Part shown: positions 12,001-18,706 of the stretch, one piece after another
Layout of the letters: the number at the start of each line of letters is the position of its first letter
How positions within the stretch are numbered: the stretch's first letter is position 1
Translations under genes and position numbers: made by a program
The notes under the pieces: generated by a model
What the model saw: the letters and a program-made list of their open reading frames with translations, nothing else
What the model was told of the DNA's origin: nothing
Databases searched by the model: none
IMG/VR virus record: IMGVR_UViG_3300027782_003987
Span: 27,069 to 91,068 of that record
DNA from: a virus
Lineage: Duplodnaviria; Heunggongvirae; Uroviricota; Caudoviricetes
DNA length: 64,000 bases
Direction: 5' to 3' (one strand)

Positions 12001-12279
12001 TCGGCACCAAACATTGATTTGAGCCAATTGTCTACAAGTTTTGCTGAACAAGCCATATTGGTGTATGTTGCCGGATTGCGTGTGTACACAGGCTATGCTG
12101 TGGATTCTGTAGCACCCGCAACAATCACATTCGATGCGGCGCCCACAGCAGGGTATGAAGTTTCGATACGTGTAAGGCAAGGGTTAGGGTGGTATTACCC
12201 AGGCGATGGCTCAACTAACGGACAAGCATTACAAATAACCCAAACTGACGCCGCAAGGTTCTTCAGAGGACAAAATTAA
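1..12279 (+). CDS. giant virion fibre/adhesin-like structural protein (>4080 aa; 5' end lies outside the window). Contains an FG-GAP beta-propeller region and three internal ~75-aa repeats
   Basis: The listed ORF uses a GTG at 37, but the frame stays open back to nt 1, so the gene is 5'-truncated. Seven or more FG-GAP-like repeats (FGxSVAxxxxxxxIGAPG) span about nt 4555-7000. The module ...FxSGTGG(T/V)GTY(T/S)V...TITA(R)... occurs three times. Composition is Thr/Ser/Asn/Gly-rich. Tail-fibre genes lie downstream. Confidence 0.8.
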   Translation, partial: NIGDIVFDNNLYVDTFIYTRDNISTTENISKGYVKQYADRTVYQKEIGWQRAAVKSQIYQQFSFTYAPVAISGYINETTLTVTTAPADGSSLQIGQELRGKGVTAGTEITGLISGTGGTGTYSVSISQTVLPTAITATTPFILDVAVLLNGPIPSIKLYATSISQNYSSQFQDPGTYTITTSDNNTVVRINTNTELVYGDIVEILALSDQVSNVGFYQVPINLENNPLNGNSPYLTLGTIRTHYDSIAQNLVNLTGSVNGANNTRDLGNIIPYGLIILQQSSPMTLAGYFLREPDYNIFASLEYNSREYQKFKAQFLNQAAAGDYVNMTIPDILNAVFDEINIARNSSNSFYWSDMLPIGTVYTETQTTVTPITTQIFDLNQVYNYTSANYQALLVYLSGQYTNGESRLLTRDVEYIVSTDAPTITILVPLTTGDVVTIQEYEATYGSYVPNTPTKLGLYPAYVPEIFLDTTYVEPIFVIRGHDGSITRAFNDFRDALLLEYETRIYNNLKLDGNPIPLTAAEVIPGQFRTTDYSLAEIQDILNQDFLAWVGWNKLDYKTQDYIKTNQFTWNYSTAANKLTNNQPLVVGAWRGIYNYFYDTIYPTTRPWEMLGFSEIPVWWINEYGPPPYTSGNLVLWGDLAAGLVRDPVANYIRPEYVRPGLLNVIPAGSEGELLSPMQCVVANFNSNDFQKSWVAGDDGPVENAWRTSSAYPFAIMRLLALTRPAEFFSLFADRDLYRFDTDYDQYLYNQRYRLDANGVEIYGNGTSKASYIDWIVDFNRQRGINSTDALTADLKNLDVRLCYRMASFSAKNLLGVYTEQSSPNSSNSSLLLPDDSYNLLFYKNVPFGELTYSSVIVQVTETGWQVFGYNQSRPYFNILQSRVSGTLAEISAGGSTVRVPVEYNNNVVQIPYAYEFINRTLVVDFLLSYGALLQQQGMIFKNLENGYVLDWNQMASEFLYWSNQGWSPGSIINLNPNASQFLVEKPGAIVESIAAQTVENMVLTANGTQYNARDLVVDRVDNVFSVTSLSRETINFLNIKFTSYESMIVLDNTSIFNDLIYNPITGARQSRIRLVGWNTTQWNGQLNAPGFILNQDNIESWNPLKKYSRGEIVKWKNTYYSAIDIVQPSSKFEITNWVVSDYTRIQQGLLPNAANKSDQLANSYNVYSANLELNQDLFSYALIGWKPRQYMVNLELDSTSQVQLYQQFLGTKGTLRAADVFSFADLGRGVAQYDIYENWAILRGTYGANANRSFYELQLNEALLTANPSTIQVIETGESSEANQTVLVSDLWKSSYKITSPNILTTEIIPLTDTALPSAGYVNFEDVDITVFDLTIPINLDINLNDIVLGATIWAAKINDYDWGIYRINTLPGYLRSVTANLDGTSVFTFTHPHGISTVDATTANLTFIVRYFADQVDGTYKILNAPSITQLVAVFSFANSNQVSESGNGIGFVLQTQRVSQASDTVNLPYANSLIPGNKVWVDNNGLGLWQVLEKQEVFTSATEVKAQVPITDSLFGNSVAQSNNNLYAIVGSPGYGSSVGVVYTYIRTATNPLQENSILELSGVPDVFLFGWAVSIGDQIWQVVGAPASYNDSGYAAVYYRRPGSNDFTNTALLTAPDTDLTLSAEFGYSVAISRDEHWMYIGAPGVNKVFAYGLVEVQSQTVSYVTNGTTAIYNYSDSIVVNSAYPGQLTVVLNNQLLTYGSDYTQTATNIVLNSIPPTQLGLTISRRTSASYTSDGSTNEFSLQDYLYTATNIYSAIVFVNGVTQRPNIDYEYIFDDSSYGYAISFFDAPPPDADIIITANSYYTLADTIEFTIPVTASISGSVMTVTNTSIGSPLLTKGMKLSGTGVSSIPETTITDFISGTGGTGTYTVYPSQSVASTTITARLPDTARFGHSVACTVDGRQVMIGTPNDRYDSIADAGAVYVYDRSVQNIVITNASQTSYTVAGGVLVDPTFVSLNNEFLVNTQDNIGGTFTVADDQYGKPEVIVNATLAVGDVLQIQPNTFNLLQIINANTPSNSAFGSAVDICRYSCSLYTGAPNDSSVLPYAGSAQRNVNQSRVYGVITSLNTNPRLQPGQSIRINDQEVIMSVLTQWNINLAWPINTIVQYDLGVYRSIKAVPVGTAITDTKYWQQSTWVASLVNDINSSGIANIIASTGLPGTSTFGLLTVSVKNILAAEEGNRLTVLPGLIGDMFQRLGYNTFVYTQTITSPLPVLNAEFGSALTIDTSALTLTVGAPAGNLYRPNTFDKGDTYFDGRTTTFSGPLNQSGAVYTYDYLRSAADSVSNPGKFVFGQQIYDQRVRELDRFGTAISYTNGLLLIGSPGSDLNDSTLSEMNYGRVAVFKNATLTPAWTVIREQVPVVNTALINSVYSYSSRTGATTTYFDFIDPLQGKILGAAAENLNYTGVVDPAAYNVGPINNQGQSWLAAHVGELWWDTSRVRFIDPNQDNITYASRRWGQVFPGSNINVYQWIGSSVPPGNYTGPGTPKNIISYNVVSGVNDSGMIETTYYFWVQGITTIDTRAGKTLSSQGVARYIADPRASGIPYVAFLTAGATAIYNAGSNISAQDTILSIEYDQQLTDSNVHVQYSLVPQNRADGFLPDNLYLKFQDSLCGVNSTGAKVPDVTLSLANRYGVQFSPRQSMFEDRFLALKNYFGRANSILAKFPITEIRSFALLNSKEPEPPAGTGEWDKRVANIEELSYQNFVQVPVGYLYLVVSDSVQNGLWAIYEVTTAKTFATLLLTRVQNYDTSKYWNHINWYLPDYDPSKQIVTTVAVYSDLSKLSLYQAPVGSSVRVTANSQNKWEIYLRLTADNWERVGLQDGTIEISSLLWDYKAAGFGFDSQVFDSQYFDQEPVIETRRIIQAINQELLVDELLIERNRALMLMFNFVLSEFLAPNWLTKTSLIDVDHTIRELLAFQTYRKDNQDFVVDYIQEIKPYHVQIRELNLIYNGLDDYQGTLTDFDVPAYYDTSVIPNQFVSPILTPYAVSTAVGTGTPSDVSDTASSSLIWQDQPWNFWYQNYTLAVVGAIVAEAGSGYTVAPVATVTGDCVSPAVITVNINGSGNITGVTIVDPGIGYITTAIITLSGGNGTGGQLVAIMAGPGQGENTDPTAGTTGETQYYNLVRSFNLTMRYDRYQYASTIVDWEANVSYNNGTLVRYDNRVWEANSPTIPVTASIASSVMTVSIIPNGSPALAIGMILSITGVTGDPTIIGSIIGFLSGTGGVGTYTVSPGQTVLTTTITARSTTVESATFDPAYWLLVNAGTYSYPLNLNVATGFPVNTGLSGVDRTMGLYIPSVNEPGLDLNLLIDGITYPGVQVSAPTFSQNTGFDVGNFDINPFDNISFGPEGRPTYDPGILDTIYESNFLDTYLGLRATDINVVGGEFVGPYESHAPEELVPGSEFDTLDFRVYTRPGSDWDENGHGFSWKTIKWIYNSTTAYTQSFAGLALNPVQIRVTNQTQGRDLIQGIAYTVDWVNQVVEIIPSVSAPPAANGNILVVSSFGIGGGNQLYKNIYNGADISNPLNIPVARVEIFELVIFVNGVLINDYTYSAGFNRTTNIVFGNTYTSTDEINVTAIGTTSGSLTYTWSTPQTQYFVSYGQLDYMLDNSMSGTNISNLVVEVNGIRARPPEGAMYVADGSSGYALPNRGGYSLALVADNEVLVYVDNEKLTLGSDYIVEPYTGNDTRYVDFAVAPATGSEVLISVTTKADYVIIDDGSSIMDNYTLVFRTSGGFYPQYGDIVGVTSWNDTAQQSIVTLLWQGPVIEGTGANEPFDSTNFDVGTVTGEAGSFDYTAEVQVIVNDFQLGRIITDPTRMWVTKNGVRIFYSDDYLIVGEQLILHGPPIGVTDVVVAQLFTDSVVPEAMEFRIFQDMRGIQATYRMTPNTTTVLVQPLLADQDIIYVDNADALTQPNLAINIWGVITINGERIMYRELDTANNTVSSLMRGTAGTAVADHVNGSTVYNIGIGNLAPVEYQDRVIYTNTLGDGSTTTFSAPNIDLSQLSTSFAEQAILVYVAGLRVYTGYAVDSVAPATITFDAAPTAGYEVSIRVRQGLGWYYPGDGSTNGQALQITQTDAARFFRGQN
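232..430 (+). repeat. internal protein repeat copy 1 (TLTVTTAPADGSS...ISGTGGTGTYSVSISQTVLPTAITA)
   Basis: Seen directly in the translation; approximate coordinates. Confidence 0.6.
5461..5690 (+). repeat. internal repeat copy 2 (PVTASISGSVMTVTNTSIGSPLL...FISGTGGTGTYTVYPSQSVASTTITAR)
   Basis: Similarity to copy 3 is visible at both DNA and protein level (for example ccggtcacagcttctat...gtgatgacagtga). Confidence 0.7.
9538..9770 (+). repeat. internal repeat copy 3 (PVTASIASSVMTVSIIPNGSPAL...FLSGTGGVGTYTVSPGQTVLTTTITAR)
   Basis: DNA and protein similarity to copy 2; approximate coordinates. Confidence 0.7.
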
Positions 12280-12291
12280 GGTAAATAAAAT

Positions 12292-12438
12292 ATGCAGCAA
12301 AAACAGCAGATTCAACCACAGCCGCCCAAGCCAAAGCCCGTTACTCGTCCTGATGAACGCGGTGCTATCGCGGTTTCGAGCTTTTTAAAGATCTCGGATC
12401 CAGAAACTAAAAAAGTATTTGTGGAGACACGAGCATGA
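12292..12438 (+). CDS. small hypothetical protein (48 aa, Gln/Pro/Lys-rich N-terminus)
   Basis: ATG at 12292 follows an AAGG...AAAAT RBS-like stretch immediately after the giant ORF stop. Its stop overlaps the ATG of the next gene (ATGATG coupling). Not in the ORF track because it is under 60 aa. Confidence 0.35.
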   Translation: MQQKQQIQPQPPKPKPVTRPDERGAIAVSSFLKISDPETKKVFVETRA

Positions 12439-13046
12439 TGATACCTATTCAAATTCAAGGATTTGTAAAGATCTTTGATCCTGTGAGCGGTGAAGTATTT
12501 GTGGACAAAAAAAATGCAATTCACTATGAAAACATGAGCGTGGCACTGGCTCAAACTTTGAGCAATAGAACGCTGGCGCAAGGCGGCGGCTATATCTATG
12601 CCATGGCATTTGGTAATGGTGGTAGTTCTGTGGATCCTACTGGGGTGATTACCTATTTGCCACCTAACACCACAGGTGCCAACGCCGATCTTTACAATCA
12701 AACCTATGCCAAAGTAGTGGACGATAACTCAGCAGCAGACACAGATATCACTAACAATTATATGCAAGTGTTACACACTAGTGGGCAAGTGTATACAGAC
12801 ATCCTAGTGAGTTGTTTGCTGGACTATGGCGAACCGCCAGAGCAGCAAGCATTTGATAATAGCAGCAATTTCAATGGTGAATTTGTGTTTGATGAACTAG
12901 GGTTAAAGGCAGTGAATGGAGATACAACCAATTTACGGTTATTGACCCATGTGATTTTCCACCCTGTACAGAAGAGTTTGAACCGCCAGATACAGATTGA
13001 TTATACTGTGCGTATACAGACCTTAACTAATCTAAGTACAACATAA
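12435..13046 (+). CDS. hypothetical virion or tail-fibre-associated protein
   Basis: 203-aa ORF, translationally coupled to its neighbours, in a structural gene context. Confidence 0.6.
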   Translation: MMIPIQIQGFVKIFDPVSGEVFVDKKNAIHYENMSVALAQTLSNRTLAQGGGYIYAMAFGNGGSSVDPTGVITYLPPNTTGANADLYNQTYAKVVDDNSAADTDITNNYMQVLHTSGQVYTDILVSCLLDYGEPPEQQAFDNSSNFNGEFVFDELGLKAVNGDTTNLRLLTHVIFHPVQKSLNRQIQIDYTVRIQTLTNLSTT

Positions 13047-13098
13047 ATATGTGTAGATTAACAGGTAATAAATACCTATAAGATTCGGAGCAACCAAC

Positions 13099-14514
13099 AT
13101 GTCATATACAATTACTCTTACCGATGGTCAGATTTTCGATACCATTCCAGATGGCACCATCAATACCGCGTCGAGCATGACCCTGGTAGGTAAAAACTAC
13201 GCCGGTTACGGACAATTTATCAACGACGACATTATTCGTTTGTTGGAAAATGGTTCTAACACCACTGCACCCGGAGCGCCGCTCACAGGTCAACTTTGGT
13301 GGGATATCACAACCGGAACCATGAAAGTCTATAACGGCACAGCATTTAAAGTTATCTCAGGTGCCACTGCTTCTAGCACCGCTCCATCTGGCGCTGTTAG
13401 TGTAGCAGGTGATTTATGGTATGATACTGTAAATGCTCAACTTAATGTTTATACTGGTGCCGCCTGGATTTTAGTAGGACCGGCTTTCTCTGGCAACACA
13501 GGGGTAAGTGGTGCTATTGTTACCACAATCACAGATACCAATGCAGTAAGCCATGTAGCTGTGGAAATGTATGTTCAGGATTCTGTTATTGGTATCTTCA
13601 GCAAAGATGCTGCTTATACGCCTAACACAGCACCAGCAGGTGGTGGTTGGACCGGAAGCAAACAAGTCCAACCTGGACTAACAATGTCTGGATCAGTGGG
13701 GAATGTTTCATACCTTCTGCAGGGCACAGCTAACAATTCTAGCTTCCTAAACGGAATTGCATCTTCAGGATTTGTACAAACTACAACCAATCAGACCATG
13801 ACAGGTACGTTGGGTATCCTTAACAATACCGGTCTTTCAGTGGGTCTTAATTCCGATGCTCGAATAAGTGTTACTGGAACTGATGTTTACATGCGTAACC
13901 AGACCAGCAATGGTAATTTGTTGATCCAGATCAACCAGGGTGGTGTTCCTACTACCGTGATGACTTTCTCTGGATCAAATGGTAGGACTACCATTGCTGG
14001 AACTACTATTATTAACACAGCCGGTGGCGACACTGCTATTGTTAATGGTGCAGGCAATGCCGTGGGTAACATTGGATCTAGTTCTAGTTATTTCAACACA
14101 GTATTTGCACAGGCTACTACAGCATTGTATGCTGACGTGGCAGAACGTTTTGCATCTGATGAGATTTATGAACCAGGCACCGTGGTTGAATTGGGTGGAT
14201 CTGCAGAGATCACTCGAGTTCGGCATGATGCCAGCGAAACAGTATTTGGAGTGATCTCCACACGTCCGGCTTTCACTATGAATGGTGGCGCAGGTGATAA
14301 TGATACGCATCCTCCGGTAGCTATGACGGGACGTGTCCCGGTTAAAGTAGCAGGCATTGTGAACAAAGGTGATCGATTGATTTCCGCAGGTGATGGCCTA
14401 GCTCGTGCTGCACAGCCCGGCGAAGCTACTTCGTTTAATGTGATTGGTCGTGCGTTAACTAGCAAGACTACTGCCGAGGTAGGCACAGTCGAAGCTATAG
14501 TAACGATTAAGTAA
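13099..14514 (+). CDS. tail fibre protein with a conserved C-terminal tip domain
   Basis: Gly/Thr/Ser-rich beta-strand-like repeats. The C-terminal block ADVAERFASDEIYEPGTVVELGG...GRVPVKVAG resembles conserved phage tail-fibre C-terminal (intramolecular-chaperone-like) domains; this domain assignment is from memory and was not verified. Confidence 0.65.
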   Translation: MSYTITLTDGQIFDTIPDGTINTASSMTLVGKNYAGYGQFINDDIIRLLENGSNTTAPGAPLTGQLWWDITTGTMKVYNGTAFKVISGATASSTAPSGAVSVAGDLWYDTVNAQLNVYTGAAWILVGPAFSGNTGVSGAIVTTITDTNAVSHVAVEMYVQDSVIGIFSKDAAYTPNTAPAGGGWTGSKQVQPGLTMSGSVGNVSYLLQGTANNSSFLNGIASSGFVQTTTNQTMTGTLGILNNTGLSVGLNSDARISVTGTDVYMRNQTSNGNLLIQINQGGVPTTVMTFSGSNGRTTIAGTTIINTAGGDTAIVNGAGNAVGNIGSSSSYFNTVFAQATTALYADVAERFASDEIYEPGTVVELGGSAEITRVRHDASETVFGVISTRPAFTMNGGAGDNDTHPPVAMTGRVPVKVAGIVNKGDRLISAGDGLARAAQPGEATSFNVIGRALTSKTTAEVGTVEAIVTIK

Positions 14515-14527
14515 TAGGATATAGAAT

Positions 14528-15532
14528 ATGACATATTCAACAGGCGGATTGATACAAGCAACAGACTATAATACCTTTGTGGGTAATACCACAGCAGGGT
14601 TAAATCGAGTATGGGGTACTGGATCAGGTGACGCAGGGTGGGGCCAAACATCAATATCGACTGTGAGCTCTAGCGCCGTTGTTACTGCCACTAACTGGGC
14701 CACGCTGGTCAACACTCTCTCTACAACTGGATCTCAAACTACTACTGCCCTAACATCAAGAACTGCTCCTGTAACAGGAAATCTCGTTGCTATCTTGGCT
14801 AACGTACAGACTGACATCACCAGTTGTACTACCAATCGCGGTAATGCCACAAGCTCGGGTACTATTAGTACAACTTGGACTGGTAACATTGCTAAACTCA
14901 CTGCTACCGGGGTCACTTCTCCTACAAAGCCCGGTACAGCTTGGACCATAGTCTGGACACAGACAGTAACATTCCCTAGTGCAGATGCTGCTAGATATTT
15001 CTGGAACGCTGGCGGATTGGTACGATTGGACATGAGTAAAACATCAACTGGTACAGACCTCGATCCTGACTGGAATACTTTTGTAGGAACAGCGGGTACA
15101 TTGTATATGAGTGGCAGAGTTAACAGTGCTGCACAAACCATTGCGGGTGTAAGCTATACAGGATTTACCAGAGTTGGCGGAACAGGAACACCAAGTCCGA
15201 ATTTGACCACAACAGGATGGTACTCTCTTACAGCCGGAGCAGCCGCAACCACGATGTGGCAACTAGCTCAAACTGTATACCCTTATACTACTGAGTTTAT
15301 ACGGGTAACTGCGGCTGTTGATGCAACCAGTACAATATTAACTTTAGTTACTACATGGAACCAGGGCACACAAAGCAATGCTACTGGTATCTCCGGCGGA
15401 ACTAATACTGCAAGTCCTTACACCGCATTTGGAACAGCACCATCAGTGTTGTGTCGTTTTATCCCGCCATCAACTGCACAAGGATTGGCCAATACCTGGG
15501 GTACTCCAACAGTTGCCAGTTCCGTGGCCTAA
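14528..15532 (+). CDS. Thr/Ser-rich tail-fibre-like protein
   Basis: 334 aa with extreme T/S/G/A content, adjacent to the fibre gene. Confidence 0.6.
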   Translation: MTYSTGGLIQATDYNTFVGNTTAGLNRVWGTGSGDAGWGQTSISTVSSSAVVTATNWATLVNTLSTTGSQTTTALTSRTAPVTGNLVAILANVQTDITSCTTNRGNATSSGTISTTWTGNIAKLTATGVTSPTKPGTAWTIVWTQTVTFPSADAARYFWNAGGLVRLDMSKTSTGTDLDPDWNTFVGTAGTLYMSGRVNSAAQTIAGVSYTGFTRVGGTGTPSPNLTTTGWYSLTAGAAATTMWQLAQTVYPYTTEFIRVTAAVDATSTILTLVTTWNQGTQSNATGISGGTNTASPYTAFGTAPSVLCRFIPPSTAQGLANTWGTPTVASSVA

Positions 15533-15548
15533 TAGGCTAAACTTCATC

Positions 15549-15579
15549 GGGCAAAAGGTAGACTTTTGCCCTTTTTTCG
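15549..15579 (+). terminator. rho-independent terminator after the fibre genes
   Basis: Hairpin GGGCAAAAG-gtaga-CTTTTGCCC followed by TTTTTTCG. Confidence 0.6.
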
Positions 15580-15587
15580 TTTATAAT
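15559..15587 (+). promoter_or_regulatory. sigma70-like promoter TAGACT-N17-TATAAT for the 15.6-34 kb operon
   Basis: Same TAGAC(C/T)-N17-TATAAT architecture as the promoters at 45292 and 48641. Overlaps the terminator; the first ATG of the operon is at 15594. Confidence 0.5.
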
Positions 15588-15593
15588 ATCTCA

Positions 15594-15899
15594 ATGAACA
15601 CAGATAATTTACTTGCTCATGCACGAGCCCGGTTTGATCATGCGTCTGCACGTCGTGTGTTAAAAGAAAAATACCAAGCCAAAATGCTATTTGCACATGG
15701 CGGAGGTATGTGGCGCGCAGACCCTGAACTTCTAGTATTATTAGCCACAGTTCCTCCTGGTGATGCAGTAATCCTGGACTTGTATGAAACTCCTATACAA
15801 GTCAATCCCGAAGAACTTCGCGGCCTGGCCATGATTCGGTGGCAAGAGCAAATGAATGCTTGGTTCGTAGAACACGAACAATTAAATAAAAAACGATGA
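15594..15899 (+). CDS. hypothetical protein (first gene of the biosynthetic operon)
   Basis: ORF 15378..15899 overlaps the fibre gene at its 5' end. The internal ATG at 15594 (MNTDNLL...) sits downstream of the promoter and terminator. Confidence 0.5.
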   Translation: MNTDNLLAHARARFDHASARRVLKEKYQAKMLFAHGGGMWRADPELLVLLATVPPGDAVILDLYETPIQVNPEELRGLAMIRWQEQMNAWFVEHEQLNKKR

Positions 15900-16699
15900 C
15901 CACAGGCGCTCTGATATTTGCGTTTGACAATGAGCAAACAGATTATATTGCCATGGCTTCTTGGAGTGCAGACCGTATACGTCGGCACTTAAAAATACCC
16001 ACAGCAGTGATAACAGATTGTAAGGACCCATCTCGACTGACCAAATTTGATCATGTGATATACGCAGAACCGGTACCAGGCGGAACAAGATTTTTTAACG
16101 ATTACACACAATTACTCACATGGTACAATGCCGGTCGGGTTGATGCATACACCTTGACACCGTGGGATCAGACATTGTTATTAGATGCTGATTATGTTGT
16201 GTGTAGTGATCAGTTGACTGCGGTGATTGATAGCAACCAAGATTTTTTAAGCCATCGGCTGGCATGGGATATCACAGTTACCAATGATTTTAAGGGATTG
16301 AATTGGTTTGGTGATCATCGCATGCCCATGTGGTGGGCAACTGTCATGATGTTCCGTAAAGGTCCCACAGCCGAACATATTTTTGATTGTATGAAAATGA
16401 TCAAAGACAATTGGCGTCATTATAAAAACTTGTATCACATTCACGGAAGTACGTTTCGCAATGACTATGCACTCAGTATAGCCTTGGGTATAGTAAGTGG
16501 TCATACCTTCGATATAAATAATATACCTTGGAATCTAGCCAGTATCATTGATATACAAAACTTAAAACAACTCGCCCCGGATCACTTTCAAATTGATTAT
16601 CATGATCAGGGTAAGCTAAAAACAATTGATTGGCAAGACATGGATTTTCATGCCATGTGCAAAAAACAATTAGGAGATATCGTTGCCAATACAGTCTGA
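15896..16699 (+). CDS. GT8-like (LgtC-type) glycosyltransferase, putative
   Basis: N-terminal pattern LIFAFDNExTDY...A..S....IRRHL..P..VITD plus a DxD-like LLLDADYVV, reminiscent of family 8 glycosyltransferases. Paralogous to the next gene. ATGA overlap with the upstream gene. Confidence 0.45.
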   Translation: MTTGALIFAFDNEQTDYIAMASWSADRIRRHLKIPTAVITDCKDPSRLTKFDHVIYAEPVPGGTRFFNDYTQLLTWYNAGRVDAYTLTPWDQTLLLDADYVVCSDQLTAVIDSNQDFLSHRLAWDITVTNDFKGLNWFGDHRMPMWWATVMMFRKGPTAEHIFDCMKMIKDNWRHYKNLYHIHGSTFRNDYALSIALGIVSGHTFDINNIPWNLASIIDIQNLKQLAPDHFQIDYHDQGKLKTIDWQDMDFHAMCKKQLGDIVANTV

Positions 16700-17456
16700 A
16701 CGCGGCTATTTAATAATGGCCCTAAACTCTGGCACAGTTGATTATGTTGACTGTGCATACCAGTTGGCTAGATCTATACGACACTTTCACCCCGATGCTG
16801 AAATTTGTCTGCTATCCAATATAGATGTGTCTGAATCAGACCTATTCAACTATCATCGAACTTTTGTATCTCCGATTAACAACAATCCTTATGCCAATGA
16901 TTGGCAAGTGTTTGGTGCCAGTCCATTTAGACAGACCATCAAACTTGAAGCAGATATGATCATTGCCAGTGCGATAGAACATTGGTGGACTATGTTAGAA
17001 CATCGAGACGTTGTGATATCAACCGGAGCCAGAGATTTCTATGACCAACAAACTCCTAATAGATCTTATAGAAAAGTTTTTGATACCAACAATTTGCCGG
17101 ATGTGTACAATGCTATAACCTATTGGAGAATGAGTGCTACTGCACAGGAGTTCTTTCGATTAGTAAGACAGATCTTTGAAAACTGGGAACAATTCAAGAC
17201 CTTGGTAAAATTCCCAGATAATATTCCATCAACAGATTTGGTGTATGCGATGGCGGCACAGATCATGGGGCCGGAACGTGTGACCATGCCGTTTGTGAGT
17301 TATCCTCGGATTGTACACATGAAACGCCATATAATTCCCACACGGTCTGAAGATTGGACACAGGAAATAACCTGGGAATCCAATCCGCTAAGAATCAATA
17401 CAGTAGCACAATGGGGTGCAGTGCATTATCACCAAAAGGACTGGCGACATGAATGA
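16683..17456 (+). CDS. GT8-like glycosyltransferase, putative (paralog)
   Basis: Pattern MALNSGTVDYVDCAYQLARSIRHFHPDAEICLLSNIDVSE is LgtC/GT8-like. TTG start at 16683 is preceded by an AGGAGA SD; an alternative ATG lies at 16716. Confidence 0.45.
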   Translation: MPIQSERGYLIMALNSGTVDYVDCAYQLARSIRHFHPDAEICLLSNIDVSESDLFNYHRTFVSPINNNPYANDWQVFGASPFRQTIKLEADMIIASAIEHWWTMLEHRDVVISTGARDFYDQQTPNRSYRKVFDTNNLPDVYNAITYWRMSATAQEFFRLVRQIFENWEQFKTLVKFPDNIPSTDLVYAMAAQIMGPERVTMPFVSYPRIVHMKRHIIPTRSEDWTQEITWESNPLRINTVAQWGAVHYHQKDWRHE

Positions 17457-17793
17457 AGAAGAACTTTTAGAATTTTATAAAAACTACAATTGGTCTGATC
17501 CTGCCCCGATTCATTACCGGTTATATCACGACGATGAAGGTACTCCGTTGTTTTACAGTCAGGAAGATTTGCCCGGTAAGTACATTGATATCACGCCCCG
17601 ACAGTTTGCATTGCAGGACATGGAAGCACGAGTAGTTGATGAAAAACTCATCCGCGTCAGGATTTCCTGGTTAAACAAAGTTGTACATGCAGATTCAGGC
17701 ACACTTTGCCACCACAACGATGTAACCATCGTAGTTGATCAACAACCCGGACAGTATTGGAAGAAAAAAGAAAATGTCGTTGAAACAAATTGA
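17449..17793 (+). CDS. hypothetical protein
   Basis: ATG at 17449 overlaps the upstream stop (ATGA). The ORF is listed from 17416. Confidence 0.45.
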   Translation: MNEEELLEFYKNYNWSDPAPIHYRLYHDDEGTPLFYSQEDLPGKYIDITPRQFALQDMEARVVDEKLIRVRISWLNKVVHADSGTLCHHNDVTIVVDQQPGQYWKKKENVVETN

Positions 17794-18706
17794 TATAGCA
17801 GATCTAGACTGCGTTTACCTAAGTTATGATGAACCTGCTAAGGAAGAGTTTTGGGTCAAGATCCGTAACATGGTGCCTTGGGCCACAAGGGTAGATGGTG
17901 TTAAAGGAAGTGATGCAGCACACAAAGCAGCCGCAGCGGCCAGCACTACTGAGCGTTTCATCTTGATAGATGGCGACAATCTTCCTGATCCTGAATTCTT
18001 TAATCAAACACTAAAATTCCCCACCGAAGAACATGAAAAAGCAGTGTTCCGATGGAGAGCTAGAAATCACATCAATGGCTTGATGTATGGCAATGGTGGT
18101 TTAAGTTCTTGGACTAAGACCTATGTGAAAGATATGCACACACATGAGAATACAGATGGGCGCACAGAAACTCAAGTAGAGTTTTGTTTTGATCCATTAT
18201 ATTGGGCTATGCACGACTGTTATAGCACTACACACCCAAATGGATCTGCTTTCCAAGCCTGGCGTGCTGGATTCCGTGAAGGTGTGAAGATGTGCCTGGA
18301 TCGTGGTCGCAGACCCACAGTGAGTGAGTTTCAGACTCTGGTTCATCAACGTAATCTTGATAATCTTACTATTTGGCATAATGTGGGCGCAGATGTGGAT
18401 TACGGATATTGGGCCATTGCAGGTGCAAGGCAGGGCACATACATGACCATGCTCACCAATTGGGATTATTTGCAGGTACAGAACTTTGATGCATTAGCCG
18501 AGCTATGGAAAACTGTAGAGGATGATCAGCCCGAACATATCATTAACAGCATTGCTAATGAATTGCATACTCAGCTGGATCTCCCCATGCACATGCTGAC
18601 AGTAGACGCTAGTAAGTTTTTCAAACATCATTACAAATCAAACTGGCGTAATCGTGATGTTATGGTTCGAGAAATAGACATGGTCCATCAACAAGAAGCA
18701 CGGTAA
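17774..18706 (+). CDS. hypothetical protein
   Basis: ATG at 17774 has an upstream AAAAGAAA RBS-like stretch. The ORF is listed from 17735. Confidence 0.5.
   Translation: MSLKQIDIADLDCVYLSYDEPAKEEFWVKIRNMVPWATRVDGVKGSDAAHKAAAAASTTERFILIDGDNLPDPEFFNQTLKFPTEEHEKAVFRWRARNHINGLMYGNGGLSSWTKTYVKDMHTHENTDGRTETQVEFCFDPLYWAMHDCYSTTHPNGSAFQAWRAGFREGVKMCLDRGRRPTVSEFQTLVHQRNLDNLTIWHNVGADVDYGYWAIAGARQGTYMTMLTNWDYLQVQNFDALAELWKTVEDDQPEHIINSIANELHTQLDLPMHMLTVDASKFFKHHYKSNWRNRDVMVREIDMVHQQEAR

Noticed and set aside
1956-12180. More than 15 short ORFs of 60-140 aa on both strands inside the giant gene (for example 1956..2153, 3049..3387, 5427..5750, 9495..9815, 11974..12180).
   Set aside because: They lie entirely within the continuous 12-kb ORF, which shows strong repeat and domain structure. 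They are shadow ORFs.
13099-14514. Calling the fibre C-terminus a Peptidase_S74 intramolecular chaperone.
   Set aside because: It lacks the SDxRxK cleavage-site motif I recall for S74. It is kept only as a generic conserved fibre C-terminal domain.
15378-15593. N-terminal extension of ORF 15378..15899 overlapping the tail-fibre gene.
   Set aside because: The overlap with the 14528..15532 gene, plus the terminator and promoter at 15549-15587, favour the internal ATG at 15594.
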